DNA of 64,000 bases from Isurus oxyrinchus (taxonomy: Eukaryota), in contig JANJGN010000008.1 of assembly GCA_026770705.1 (NCBI GenBank), positions 25,544,001 through 25,608,000 on the forward strand, given 5' to 3'. Made by a program: the position numbers and the translations under genes. The notes under the pieces were generated by a model that worked only from the letters and a program-made list of their open reading frames with translations, searched no databases and was not told the DNA's origin. Positions 48,542 to 62,342 of the stretch are shown one piece after another (the first letter of the stretch is position 1; each line of letters starts with the position of its first letter).

Positions 48542-49803
48542 AAAAATAAAAAATGCTGGAAAAAACTCAGCCGGTCTGACAGCATCTACGGAGAGAAAGA
48601 CAGAGTTAACGTTTCGAATCCGTATGATTTCTTCAGAGCTAAAGGAAGTTAGAAATGTGATGAAATATATACTGTTTAAGGGGGGGATGGAATGGGTGAA
48701 GCTGGGTAGAAGGCCAGTGATAGGTGAAGGCAAAGGAGAGATTGCAAAAGATGTCTTAATTAAAAGGTGAAAGGGTTGTTAGTAGTGGTGGTACTAGCTA
48801 AAGGAGGCACGATTGGTGACATTAGGTGTGGAAAGTAGAATGTGATAATGGCAGGACCAGGGTAAGCACCATGGAAAGCGACAGATGGTCCGAGTAGGGT
48901 TGGGGTAGGGGGAGGTGGTGGGAAAAAAGATCGAAAAGGCTAAAAGCTGGGGATAAAACGATGAATTAAAATAGAAATAAATTTTAAAAACTATAATAAT
49001 GAAAGTAAGTGGGGGGATAAATAAATAAATAATTTTACAAATGAATATAGAAAAAAGGGGGGGATCAAAAAGAGGTGGGGATGGAGGAGAGAGTTCATGG
49101 ACTGAAGTTGTTGAACTCAAATATTAAGTCCGGAAGGCTGTAAAGTGCCTAGTCGGAAGATGAGGTGCTGTTCCTCCAGTTTGCGTGAGCTTCACTGGAA
49201 CAATGCAGCAGGCCAAGGACAGACATGTGAGCATGAGAGCAGGATGAAGTGTTGAAATGGCAAGTGACAGGAAGTTCTGGGTCATGCTTGCGGACAGACC
49301 AAAGGTGTTCTGTAAAACAGTCACCCAGTCTGCGTTTGGTCTCTCCAATGTAGAGGCAACCGCAAGGGAGCAGCGAATGCAGTAGACCAAATTGAGGGAA
49401 GTGCAAGTGAAGCGCTGCTTCACTTGAAAGGAGTGTTTGGGCCCTTGGATGGTGAGGAGGGGGTAAGTAAAGGGGCAGGTGTTGCACCTTCTCCGATTGC
49501 ATGGGAAGGTACTGTGGGAGGGAGTTGAGGTGTTGGGGGTGATGGAGGAGTGGATCAGGGTGTCCTGGAGGAAACAGTCCTTATGGAATGCCGACAGTGG
49601 GGTTGAAGGGAAGATATGTTTGGTGGTGGCATCATGCTGGAGTTGGCAGAAATGGCGGAGGATGATCCTTTGAATGCAGAGGCTGGTGAGATGAAAAGTG
49701 AGGTCAAGGGGTTCCCTATTCTTGTTCTGGGAGGGAGAGGACGGTGTGAGGGCAGAGGCACAGTAGATGGGTCAGACACGGTTGAGGGCCCTGTCAACCA
49801 TCA
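48542..49803 (-). mobile_element. 5'-truncated Penelope-like element inserted in element E
   Basis: Frameshifted GIY-YIG (NLVYCIRCS / LYIGETKRRLGD) at 49124-49502 and a terminal repeat at 48542-48640. TSD ATAGTGATAC at 48532-48541 and 49804-49813. Confidence 0.9.
48604..48640 (-). ncRNA. Putative hammerhead ribozyme motif (canonical CUGAAGA core)
   Basis: Minus strand reads AGCT-CTGAAGA-AATC atacg GATTC-GAAA-CG-TT-AACT. Confidence 0.5.
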
Positions 49804-52800
49804 ATAGTGATACTAAGGGATACAGGGGCCAGCCAAGCTCTACTGCTAGTTAAAGGCATGACCTTTCCGCTGGAGAGTGCAGTACCTGCCAAGATGTTGG
49901 TAAAGGGGATTAAAGGAGGCTGCATGCCCATCACCTCATACCGGATGCACCTGGAATACACACTTGTGTCAGGACCGTTGACTGTGGGAGTTGTCCCCAG
50001 TTTGTCTGTGGACAGAATCGACATGCTCCTCAGCAATGACCTGGAGGAAGTGTTAGCAATCCCAGTAGTATCAGGGAAGCCGAGTGAGGTCAGGTAGACA
50101 GAACAGCTGCAGGTAAATGCGTCCAACATTTTCCCTGAAGGTATGGTAACCCAGTCTATGACCAAACGAACTCTGTCAGAGGAGGCTGAAGTGGCACTGC
50201 AGACAGATGAACCTATTTTCTGGTTATCTGAGACCTTTCTCGGAAGTCCAGAAGATGTTAAGGAGGTCAATAAGTAGGTCTTCCTCGGTTGTGGCTCAGG
50301 AATCTGACCTGTTGTCAAAAAAAGTTAGCTCAGACTGCCTAAACCAAAGCTGAGGCAGAGGCAATCACTGAGTGCTGCTACATTAAAAAGAAATGTTATA
50401 AGGAAATGGAGACCCTCCCTCACAGATCTGCAAAAAGGAGTGGACAGTGATCCACCAGGTAGTGGTGTTGCTGAGGTACCCTGGGGAAATATTACAGCTA
50501 GTACACAAAATCCTGATGGCTGGGCATGTTGGTATATGAAAAACCTAAGCCCACGTCAGCCAGCATTTTTATTGGCCACACCTCCACACGGATGTAATAA
50601 GGTTTTGCAGAACCTGTCACACCCGCCAGGTTGTGGGACAACCCCAAACTGCAATAAAACCGGCACCTATAACTCCTGTGCCGGCTTTTGGGGAACCGTT
50701 CAGCAAGGTGTTAGTAGACTGTGTGAGGCCCCTACCAAAAACATAAGGGTTTATCAGTAAATCCTTACCATCATGGATGTGGCTACCCGTTTCCCAGAGG
50801 CCAAAATAGTGCAGGGGGGATTAACACAATTCTTTACCCTGTATGGACTTCCCACCGGATCCAGTCAGATCAGGGTTCAAATTTCATGTCCTGAATATTC
50901 CAGGAAGTCGCTACCAGGGACTTCCACAATGAGTCCATTGGTTTTACTTTGTTTAAATTGGTTATGAACAACAAGTGAGAGGTCCTCTGAAGTTAATCAA
51001 GGAGAGATTTTTAGAAGAGAAGGAATTCTCCATGTTAGACAATGTCACCCTGTTCCGTGAGTGACTCATGAGAGCTTGTGATGTGGCTTGAGAACATGTA
51101 AAAATCTCCCAAACTGCTATGAAGAAACAGGCAGAAAAATATGCCAGGGCCCAAGCCTTTCAGCCCAGAAATTATGTGCTAGTGCTCCTGCCAATACCAG
51201 GTGAACTGTAAAAGCCCCAGCCAGTGACACATACAGAGTAGCAAAGAAGCTTTGGGAGGTAAACTATATAACTGACAACCCGGGCTGCAGGAAGAAGCAA
51301 AGGTTGTGTCATGTTAATATGAGAAAACAATATCACAGCCGAGAAGGGACAAGCAGGTAATGGTCTGTGCGATAACAACAGATGTGGAGGACGAGGGGAG
51401 CAGAGGGAATATATTGGAGGGAAATGTGGGTGAAGCCCACATTGAACCCCCTACAACACAAAAATTCTAGCAAATTTGGGCACCATATTCACCCGTCTAA
51501 ATACAGAACAGCAAGGAAACCTGACAAGGCTGCTCACTGCATTTAGAGACGAGCCAGACTGCACTAATTCAACTCTACATGATGTGGATGTGGGAGAGAC
51601 CACTCCCATAAGGCAACATCCCTACCATCTCGGTCCAGAAAAGCTTGCCCTGGTTCGGGAGGAAATTAGGTACACGCTGGAGCGCCAACTACTAGAGCCT
51701 AGCAGCAGTAGCTGGAGATCCCCAGCTGCACCCGTGCCCAAGTCAGACAGTTCCACAAGGCTCTGCATTGACTACTACAATGTTAATGCAATGACCAGTG
51801 CCGACTCCTGGCCAATACCCCACCTAGAAGACTGCATAGATAGGGCAGGTAATGCAGCCCACATTACAAAGATAGATTTACTCAAGGGATACTGGCAGGT
51901 ACCCTTGACCGCTTGTGTGAAGGACACCTGCAGCCTCGAGACACCAGATGGATTATACCAATGTCGAGTCGGGCCATTTGGACCCTGCCACCTTTCAAAT
52001 GCTAATGAACCAGGTATGACAGGCTTACTCAATTGTGTAGTGTACCTAGACGACATCCTAGTGTACAGTGACACCTGGGAAACTCAATTAGAACAAGTGG
52101 AAGCCCTCTACCAGAAATGACAGTCATTGACCAAGCGTTCAATCTCATAAAGGGTGAATTTACTAAGACTTAGGATAAATGGTGGGTCAAAGGCAAGTAC
52201 TGGCCAGAGCTGCAAAGGTACAAGCAATAGCACTGTTCCCCATTCCCACAGCAAATCGGGGAAATCATGAGATTTATAGAGATGTGTTGGTTCGACGCCA
52301 AGTTCGTCCCAAACTGTAGCTATCCTGCTCTGAGACCTACTACAGAAAAAAGAAAAAGTAGTATGGACCGAGAAATGCCAGACAGCTTTCAAGGAGCTGG
52401 AAGCTGTCTTAATAAACACACCAGCGCTAACAGCTCCAGACTTTAACCAGGCATTTAAAGTAGCCATCGATGCTAGTGGCCTCGGGGTAGAGGCTGTCCG
52501 TCTGCAGGAGGACGAATCAGGAATAGAGACACCAATGGGTTACTTCTCCAAAAAACTGTACAAACATCAGAAATAGCATTCCACTGTAGAAAAAGAAACC
52601 CTAGGTTTATTACTGGCTCTCAAGCGCTTTGAGATATATGTCTGAAATGGGTATAGAGAGAGGGACCACAGTCCACACCAACCACAACCCTTTAACCTTT
52701 GTAGAGAAATTCAAAACCCAGAAATCAAGGTTATTCCATTGAAGTTTGTTTCTCCAGCCATATCATCTAAAAATAGCCCACGTTTCAGAGAAATCCAATG

Positions 52801-53719
52801 TGATTGTGGATACCCTGTCCAGAACTTAAAGAGACCCAATTAGAACTGCTGGTATAATCCAGAACAAGGCTAAGAGAGTGAATGGGAGTGAACGCATTTT
52901 TTTTTGTTTTGTATTGTTTTAGACCTTGTATCGAAATGAGAGTGAATCTCATTCCATTTCTTGTGATAGGGGTGAGTCATGAGTCTATGCCCCTTTACTT
53001 TTGTAAATATGACTTTTCAATTTTTAATTGGCTGCATTTTGAAATGAGACAGGATAAACTACTTAAAAATTCAAGGCCACCTTCCAAGTTGAAGGTGAAA
53101 AACAAACAAATCATCTTCAGGGGATGCGAAGGAAGAGACATTAAAATGCTGAGCGCTGGACATTGAAACAATGGCTGCCATAGACAGACTCCCCCCCCCC
53201 ACTGAAAACCCATGGGAAATACACAAGGGGTGAAGTATAACAGGCCAGACTGCAGCCACTGCAGAGAGATTGCAAGAATGTTTTCAGCAGAGGAAACAGG
53301 CTGAAAGCTGGACTCTCTCTCTCTCTCTCTCCCTCTCTCTCTCACTGTCCCTCTCTCTGCTTTGAAGCAAGTTTATTGCTTGGTATGGAAGTCAACTTTA
53401 CTGGAGGTCTACCAGCGAACTGACATCTCATAATCATTGCAACATAGTTAAGTACATTTAAATTTGGAAAATGCATATCCTCGTATAAATGTGACCAACT
53501 GAGGATGTTGAATAGAGGAGAGCCAGTTCAATCCTTCTCACCTGCTTGTAACAATAGTTAGAAAATAATCTCGAAAACTCTTCTTTATAACCTCTCTAAC
53601 TGAATATAAAGTTTTAAAACTAAGATGTCAGATATTATTCATGTTATTTTCTTACCAGCAAGCTATGAATGATAATTTTCCCAGTTCTTTGTCTGCTTTT
53701 TCACTCTTTGCTAAGGTGT

Positions 53720-55210
53720 ACTGTTCCATGGGTTCTGGAAACTCTCTAATTTCCTCCCAGTAATGACTATTCTATCTGTGTGTGCCCAACGAGTGTTAGG
53801 AAGCTATTAAAATGTGATGCACCTCAGCTGTCCTGAATATATCCTCAGCCTATATCCTTCACTCAAACACTTTCTGGCAGTGTCACTAGATAGCAGTTAA
53901 GTGTGAGACTTCTTCCGTTCCCATGACATTGAGGGCAATTATAGCCATCATCGTGGCTGTCAGCAGCATGCTCAACACAAAAAATGATCAACCTGTGAAG
54001 TTCCTGGTCTGTATGTTTTCAAGCTATGCCACACTGTACACTTACCTAATAAGCCATTGGAGTTGTCAGTTATAAAGGATTAAATTAAACCGCATTCACT
54101 TATAATCAGATTTCCTCAAAATCATTCTGGCACTTGATTAACTTTGTTAATAACAGCTTCAGTGAATTATTGCTCGTCACACCCAATCTTTTTTCCTTTT
54201 CCACTTTTGCCGGTGGGCACACATTTATTTTGTCAATCAGCTTAGCCAATTAAGGAACACTCGCGCTTCTGGGTAAGAAACCTGTGGAGTCTAGCCCAAT
54301 TCTGCAACCTGAGCAGTTAAACTTGTTGAGGCTCCAGTAGAGTACTGAGGGAGTGTTTTTTTCTCGGACATGGCATGCCTCAGATGAAATGTTAAACTTA
54401 TGTCCAAACTGGTTGTTTCTAAGAAGAGCTACAAGTTCTCCTGGTTTCCTAGCCAACCTTTGTTTAGGCAACTACCGCCAACCAAAATGGTTTAACCAGT
54501 CTTTTGCCTTATTCCTGTATATGAGATCTTGAATTGTGAGCAGAATTAGCAAATTCGCCTACATAACAACTGTATCCATAAATGAAAGCAATTCATTGCT
54601 TCAAAGTATTTCATTGTATGAGATGTGTTTAGATATTCCTGAGAGTTGTGATATAAAGTTATATAAACTTTCCTTCTGTTTGTTTCTTTGCATTTTTCAA
54701 TATCAGATTCCACTCATCTCTTCCATTTGCCTAGATCCTGTGAATAAAACAAAACCCCAGTCACCTTTATTAAAATTCATTCTTGAGATGTGAACAGTGG
54801 CAACAGTTATTGTTTTTTTTTCTTATGGGGGTTGTGATTGACCTTCTTCTCAAGTTTCTTGCTAGGTCACATCGAAGACCAGTTAACAATCAACTATGTT
54901 GATGTTGCACCGGAGTCACGTACAAGCCAGGCTGGGTAAGGGGAGCAGGTTTCCTTTCCTACAAAGCATTAGTGAAGCAGTCAGGTTTTTGCACTTCTAT
55001 GGTTTTACTGTTATCAGCATTTAATTTCCAGATTTATTTTAAACTGAATTCATAGGATTCATGTAATGCAGCACAGAAATAGGCCATTTGAACCAACCGG
55101 TGCCACTCAAGCCTCCTCCTGTCTTTCTGCATCTAAATCTATTCCTTTCTTTCTCATTTCCTCATTTCAATTCAAACTCACAGCCATGGTGGAATTTAAA
55201 TTCATGGGGT
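53720..55210. mobile_element. Cluster of old SINE/LINE-tail remnants
   Basis: Degenerate SINE-like segments at ~53720-54062, ~54330-54680 and ~54810-55205, recognised only by resemblance. Families are not securely assignable. Confidence 0.35.
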
Positions 55211-57094
55211 GCAAAATTCAGGTCTGTAGCATTGATGCAGACGATGCTGCAGAAGCTGACTGCCACCTCCACCAGCTTCCTCCCCCAGCCCTGTCCCATC
55301 CACAGTGGTGTGTATGGTGCCGGTGGCCACTTCTGGCCCAGTCTGCATAGTGCACAGTCTTGAGAAGGGATCTTGCATGGGCATTGCCCACGTGCACCGG
55401 AAACTTCTGAACAGGTCCTTTCATAACATCCTGTCCAAACAAGCCCAGTCTGTCCAACCTTTCCTCATAAGACAATCCACTCATTCCAGGTATCAATCCT
55501 ATAAACTTCCTTGGGACAGCTTTAATGCATTTACATCCTTCCTTAAATAAGGAGACTAAAACTACACACAGTGTTTGAGATGTGGTCTCACCAATGCCCT
55601 GTATAACTGAAGCATAACATCTTTACTTTTATGTTCAATTCCTCTCCTAGTAAAGGATAGCATTCCATTAGACTTCTTAATTACTTGCTGTACCAGCATA
55701 CTAACGTTTTGTGACTCATATACTAGAACAGCTAGATCACCCTACACCACAGAATTATGCAGCCATTCTCCATTTAATTAATACTGTGCTTTTGTGTTCT
55801 TCCTGGAAAAGTGAACAACTTCACATTTTCCTACATTAAATATCATTTGCCAGATCTTTGCCCACTGACTCAACCTGTCTATATCCATCTGCAACCTCCT
55901 CATGTCCTCCTCACAACACACTTTCCTCCCTATCTTGGTGTCATCTACAAATTTAGCTACCATGCCTTCACTCCCCTCATCTAAGTCATTGATGTAATTT
56001 GTAAAAAGTTGGGCCCCAGCACAGACTCGTGTAGGAACCCACTTGTCACATCCTGCCAATCTGAAAAAGACCCATTTATGCATGCTCCGTACTTTATGCC
56101 AGCCAGCCAATCTTCCATCCATGCTAACATGCTATACCATGTGCTTTTATTTTCCATGATCACCTTTGATGTGGCACCTTATCAAATGCCTTCTGGAAAT
56201 CCAAGTACAATATGTCTACAAGCTCTCCTTTATCCACTGCGCATGTTACTCCTTCAAAAAACTCCAATAAATTGGTTAAACATGACTTTCCTTTCACAGA
56301 ATCATGCTGACTATTCCAGATTGCCTTGAGCTCTTCTAAGTGCCCAGCTATAACCTCCTTAATGATCGATTCTAACAACTTCCCCATGACAGACGTCAAG
56401 CTAACTGGCCTATAGTTTCCTGTTTTCTGCCTCCCTCTCTTCTTGAATAGAGGGGTGATATTATATTTGCCACTTTCCAGTCTGATGGAACTTTTCCAGA
56501 ATCTAGTTAATTTTGGAACATTAACACCAGCACATTGACCACCTCATTAACCACCTCTTTTAAGACCCTAGGATGTAGTAGATCGGAACCTGGAGATTTG
56601 CCAGCCTCCAGCTCTATCAATTTGCTCAGTACCATTTCCCAAGTGATTTCAAGTTCACCAATTTCCTCTCTCCTTTCATCTCCTGATTTGCAGCTAATGA
56701 TGGAATGCTCTTTGTATCCTCCATAGTGAACACAGAAACAAAATATTCATTCATTTCTTCCACCATTTCCTTATTATCTACTATTAACTCCCCACTGTCA
56801 TCTCTATAGGGCCAACACTCATTTTATTTACTTTTTTTCTTTTTAAATACCTGTAGAAACCCTTGCAATCCATTTTTTACATTTCTAGCTAGCTAGCGTC
56901 CTCTCATACTCTAATTTCTTTCTCCTAGTTAACCTTTTAGTCATTCTCTGCCATTCTTTATATTCTAACCAATTATCTAGTTTGCCACTCATCTTTGAGG
57001 AATTGTATGCTTTTTCCTTAAGTTTGATGCTTTCCTTAACTTCCTTAGGTAACCACAGATGGTCGGTCCTCCCCTTAGAATTTTTCTTTGGCTA

Positions 57095-57640
57095 GAGTCT
57101 GGAGTTCTGATCACCATGTTATAGGAAGGATGTGATTGCACTGGAGAGGGTGCAAAGAATATTTAGCAGGATGCTACCTGTACTGGTGGGTCTGAGCTAA
57201 GAGGCAAGATTGGATAGGCGGGGGTTGCTTTCCTTGGAGCAGCGAAGATTGAGAGGGGACCTGATAGAAATGTATAACATTATGAGGGATCTAGATAGGG
57301 TGGATAGAAAGGCACTTTTTTCCATTAGTAGAGGGGTTAATAACCAGGGGACACAGATTTAACGTAAGAGGTAGAAGGCTAAGAGGGTAGTTGAGAAATA
57401 TTTTCACCCACAGGGTGGTGAGAGTCTGGTATTCTCTGCCTGAAAGGGCGATTGAGTCAGAAACTCTCATAACATTTAAGAAGTATTTAGTTATTCACTT
57501 GCATTGCCATAGCCTCCAGGGCTATGGGCAAGTGCTGGAAAATGGGATTAGTGTAGTCAGATCTTTGTTGAGTGGCGTGGACACAATGGGCCTAATGGCC
57601 TCCTTCTGTGCTGTAAATGTCTATGAGTCCATGGATCTAT
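57095..57640 (+). mobile_element. CR1 3' fragment inserted antisense into the large CR1
   Basis: Reads YRKDVIALERVQ..., LRGDLIEMY, FTHRVVRVWYSLP, then a 3' tail of CTATG-type repeats. Confidence 0.85.
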
Positions 57641-58587
57641 AACAGGAATGTACTTACTTTGAAATATCCCCCTAAATGTCTGCCACTGCTTCTCTACTGA
57701 TCTATCCTTTAGCCTGGTTTCCCAATTCAATTCAGCTAGCTTAGCTTTCATCCCTGTATAGTTTCCCTTAATTAAGATTATGATACTAATCTTAGACCCA
57801 CTCTTCTCCCTTTCAAACTGAATGTAAAATTCAATCATATTGTGGTCACTGCTACTTAGGGGTGCCTTTACTCTGAGGTCATTAATTAATCCTGTCACAT
57901 TACACTATACCAAATTTAATATAACCTGCTCTCTGGTTGGTTTCAGAACATGCTGCTCTAAGAAACTATCTCAAAAGCATTTTAGGAACTCCTCATCCAG
58001 GCTACTACTGCCAATCTGACTTTTCCAGTTTATATTAAAATTACCCATGATTATTGCCACCACTTTATCACAAGCATGCAATATTTTCTCTTGAATACTT
58101 TGTCCTACACTGTGGCTACTGTTTGGGGACCTGGAGACCACTCCCACTAATGACTTTTTTCCCTACCATTCCTCATCTCCACCCAAACCCATTCTATATC
58201 CTGATCTCCCAAAACAAGGTCATCTCTAACTATTGCGCCAATACCCTCTTTGATTAACAGTGCCACCCCTCCACCTTTACCTAGCTTCCTATTCTCCTTG
58301 AATGTCATGTACCCCTCAATATTAAGGACCCAATCTTTGTCGTCCTGCAGCCATGTCTCTGCAATGCTATCAGATCATATTTATTTACATCAAAGTGGTC
58401 CATCAATTCATTTACTTTGTTATGAATACTACTCGCATTCGGATAGCGAGCTTTCAGTTTTGCCTTTTTGTTGTCTTTGTACCATCTAGTCTTGATTGTT
58501 GATGTATTCTTAGGTTTTTTTCTCTCTGTCCTTTCCAGCCATTCTCTGACCCTCATTTCTCATATTACTGTTTTGCTCTCCTGTCTT

Positions 58588-58690
58588 CACAGAATCACAG
58601 AATTTTAATGACACAGAAGGAGGTCATTCAGCCCATTATGTCAGTACTGGCTCTCCAAATATTATGACCAAGTGCCATTTCCCTGTCTTT
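58588..58690 (-). mobile_element. Short CR1 3' tail insertion
   Basis: CACAGAATCACAGAAT tail plus GAAGGAGGTCATTCAGCCC. Confidence 0.6.
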
Positions 58691-59959
58691 CTTCTTTTCC
58701 TGACCCTATGCCTTGAATTGCTGCCTCTACCCAAGTTTTATCCCTTACTGCTCTTGTTTAGTTTAAAGCCCTCTCTACTTCCTTTGTTATGCAATTTGCA
58801 AAGACATTCGTCCCAGCATAGTTCAAGTGTAAACCGTCCCATCGGTACAGCCCCCACATTCCCCATTACTGGTGCTAGTGCCCCACAATCTGGAACCCAC
58901 TTCTCCCACACCAGTCTTTAATCCACACATTCATTTGCCCTATCTAATTTGCACGTGGCTCAGGTAATAATCCAGAGATTATTACCTTTGAGGTTCTGCT
59001 TCTTAATTTTGTACCTAGCTCCTCAAACTGACTTTGCAGAACCTCTTTCCCGGTTCTACTTTTGTCATTGATACCTACATGGACCACAGCAAATTCCTCT
59101 CCAGCACTGAACCCTGGCATCAGGCAGGCAACATAGCTGCCTGTGCTCTCACTCTTTGCTGCAGAGAACAGTGTCAATCCCTCTCACTATGCCATCTCTT
59201 ACTGCCACTACATTCCTTTTTGCTCCCCCCAATTGAATGGCTTCCTGTACCACAGTGCCATGGCCAGCCAATTCATCCACCTTGCAGACCTCGCTTTCAT
59301 CCACACAGGTTGTGAGCACCTCAAACCTGTTTGCCAATTGCAAAGTCTGAGGCTCCTCACTACTGTCTGCTCAGTCCCATTACCTGCCTCACTGACAGTC
59401 ACATCCTCCTGTCCCTCACTGCTGACCAAAACAGATGACTCTCTTCTAAGAGGTGTGACTGTCTTCTGGAACAAGTATCCAAGTATTTCTCCCCCCCACC
59501 CCCTTATGTTGTGCAATGTCCGCATTTTGGTTTTCAGATCAATAATTCTGAACTGAATTCCTCAAGCTGCTTGCACTTTCTGCAGATGTGATTGTCATGG
59601 ATCGCCTTGGTGTCCAAAAGCTCCCACATCCCACAGCTGCAACATGATACCCGTCCTACCATTCTAACTTATTATTTAATTAATTTACTTTAATTACTTC
59701 CTTCCTGTGTATGCTACAATTTACTGTGTTTATTGAATGCTAGTACCACTGACTACAAAGGTATGTGTTTTAGATGTTTATTTCAATTACTTAATTTTTA
59801 TTCTTTTTTATCTTTATTGTTTTACTTTTATTCTAAAGTTTTCACATTTTGGTTTATTATTTTAAAGTTTTAGTTCTTTTTATTTATAGATCTACTTGAA
59901 CTCGCCTGTCCTAAGCTGGTTTCTCACACACTGTCCCTTCGACTGAGCACTTACTGGCC

Positions 59960-60286
59960 AATCCAGGACTAGGGGGGCACTGTTCAAATTAGGGGTCTCC
60001 CTTTTAGGACAGAGATGAGGAGATTTTTTTTCTCTCAGAGGGTTGTGCGACTTTGAAACTCTCTGCATCAGAAGGAGGCAGTGGCGGGGTCATTGAATAT
60101 TTTTAAAGTAGAGGTAGATAGATTCTTGTTGGGCAAGGGAATCAAAGGTTATCGCGTTTAGATGGGAATGTGGAAATCGAAACACAAGATGATAAGACAT
60201 GATCTTATTGGATGGCAGAGCAGGCTTGAAAGGCTGAATAACAAACTCCTGTTCCTATTTCTTATGTTCTTATGTTTTTATGTTCT
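59960..60286 (+). mobile_element. CR1 LINE 3'-end fragment
   Basis: FFSQRVVRL coding end and (TTCTTATG)n tail. Confidence 0.85.
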
Positions 60287-60399
60287 GATGTGATCCCCAA
60301 ATGCCAAATTTGGACTAGGCAGGTTCATTGGATGAATTTGCATGTCACTCACCAAAAATCAAACATTTAACTGCAAGAGGAGCCCATATTAATATTACT

Positions 60400-62200
60400 T
60401 AAAGGGTCCGGCACCCAAATTATAGCTGATGTAATTTTTAATAATTGCTGCTATCACAAACTGGAGGTAATCTGGAATATTTCTGGAAATGTGATGGTGA
60501 GTTCCTGGATTTGGCAGAGGGTGTTACTGCAAACTTAGAGGTTCGGGGGCTGCAGTTGCAGTGCCTCTGGCTCTGCAGTACGACAGGGAGATAAAGAAGT
60601 GACTGCAGAGAAGACAAGATCTACACAATGCCCTTGGTCAATTTGGATCTGGACTCCTCCGTGGTCCTTGACAGTGGCAGGAGACTATGTGGCAGACCAG
60701 TCAATGCACCCAGCATCTCAGTGTGCATGCCTATCAATGCTCACCTGTGCGATGCCCAATTGAGGTCCTTACCTGCAGTCCCTTGTAGCAGAACATGTCT
60801 GCAGCTTTGGCCTCCAGTGATCTGACAAACAATCCATCCTTTACCCTCAGCCTGACTGCAGGCCACTTGTAGCCATTGACTCACCATGGGCTGATTCCAA
60901 GTCTATACTACATCTAAAGTATGTACAGTGCCAGGAGCTGAGCTTGTCAAATCAAGTAACAGGGTCTCTTCATAAGTGCTGCACTGTTACTCTCTCATCT
61001 CTTCCTAGGGCTGTTGTGGCTGGGGAGGTGGTAGTTTTTGGGTGTCTGAGAACAGAACGTTAGAAAGATGAAGTTTAGGGTGAAGGAAGAGGGTTGGGGT
61101 GTGAAGCAAGGGGTACATAGTGACATCAACAGCAGCTTGCTTATCATGCCAGATAGCAGGATGAGAGCTAGCTGGGAATTGAGAAAGGGCAAAAGGAAGA
61201 AACATATCATCATCCTGAAAGTTTTAGTGATGCCAATGTCACAGGCTCTGTTGAACCTGGCCCCCTGATTCAGCAAACTATCTCCTCCATAGAACACAGG
61301 AGATACAGGTTTCCTTGACCCCTGCTAGCTCTACTCTGCTCCCTTCTATTGTGTGCCCAAGAAAGAGGGAAGAATGTCCATGATTGTGCAGCATTGTGTT
61401 TGGATAATGTTTCTGCTGTAGGTGAATAGCTAGAGATATGTGGAGGCAGCGAGCAGCAGGTAGGTGTGTGAGAGTGAAGTGGATGCCATGTGTGAGTCCT
61501 GAGTGCTAGGGATTGAATTTGGCTAAGGGATGAGATTGTAGTGCATTGAGCAGCTTGAAAGGCTGGTGGAGAAATGACTAGGAGATTTCATATGAATATG
61601 TATTCACTGACCTTGACTACCTGCGTGAGATCATTAGACTTCTTGTGGCACTGCTGCCTGGTCCTCAAGTCCAGACTCCAGAAATTGATCTCCCTGACTA
61701 CCTGTTCCCAATATCTTCTGAGAATGGTCCTTGAGGACCTGTGGGGCCCCTCTATTCACCTGACATCTCTCTTTGAATTTGGCTAAGGGATGAGATTGTA
61801 GTGCATTGAGCAGCTTGAAAGGCTGGTGGAGAAATGACTAGGAGATTTCATATGAATATGTATTCACTGACCTTGACTACCTGCGTGAGATCATTAGACT
61901 TCTTGTGGCACTGCTGCCTGGTCCTCAAGTCCAGACTCCAGAAATTGATCTCCCTGACTACCTGTTCCCAATATCTTCTGAGAATGGTCCTTGAGGACCT
62001 GTGGGGCCCCTCTATTCACCTGACATCTCTCTTTATGTTCATCTCGGCTACCAAGGCATCCAATGCTGCATCCATGACCCTGGAACACTCTCTCTGCCTT
62101 TGTTCTGATACAATGTATATGTACCTTTCAGGGATCATATTTTTAACTCTGTCAATCACTACTACCAAGGCAGGAAGTGATAAAGTAGTCCTATGACTTG
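60400..62200 (-). mobile_element. Old Harbinger remnant with Myb/SANT exon
   Basis: Minus strand 61870-62095 reads MDAALDALVAEM...YWEQVVREIN...RTRQQCHKKSNDLTQVVK, then a GTCAG donor. Boundaries are uncertain. Confidence 0.6.
61513..62034 (+). repeat. Apparently exact 260-bp tandem duplication
   Basis: 61513-61774 equals 61773-62034. The ORF track shows identical peptides starting at 61574 and 61834. Confidence 0.95.
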
Positions 62201-62342
62201 TTACTCAGTTTATAAGCAGCATGGTCCAGGTCAGATGTACAATCCGTAGCCCCCCAGTTAACACTGTATGTATATTGTCTTATCCCGAAATAAAGAACCC
62301 ACATTATTGTTTTGCCAATTCTTGTCACCTGGTTGATACTGA

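Larger units (their letters stand above)
47130..52830 (+). pseudogene. Element E gag, protease, integrase, RT and RNase H (disrupted)
   Basis: CFNCHKAGHNCADC knuckle ~48255, ILRDTGASQ protease at 49810, MDVATRFPEA integrase at 50773, RQHPY...IDLLKGYWQVPL...YLDDIL RT at 51476-52120, FKVAIDASGLG RNase H at ~52455. Confidence 0.9.
46241..53553 (+). mobile_element. Gmr1-type Gypsy LTR retrotransposon E (all domains present, decayed)
   Basis: LTRs at 46241-~47047 and ~52975-53553 (3' LTR internally deleted). Perfect TSD ATAG. PBS-like TGTGGGCTC at ~47052. Confidence 0.9.
55415..59900 (-). mobile_element. Near full-length CR1 LINE (ORF1 zinc finger/esterase, ORF2 endonuclease and RT), decayed
   Basis: ORF1: MVGRVSCCSCGMWE (~59660), LANRFEVL, VVHVGIND (SGNH-type). 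EN: YPNASSIHNK, PLSSSDHNMI. RT: LDFQKAFDKVPH, KFVDDTKI. Confidence 0.9.
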
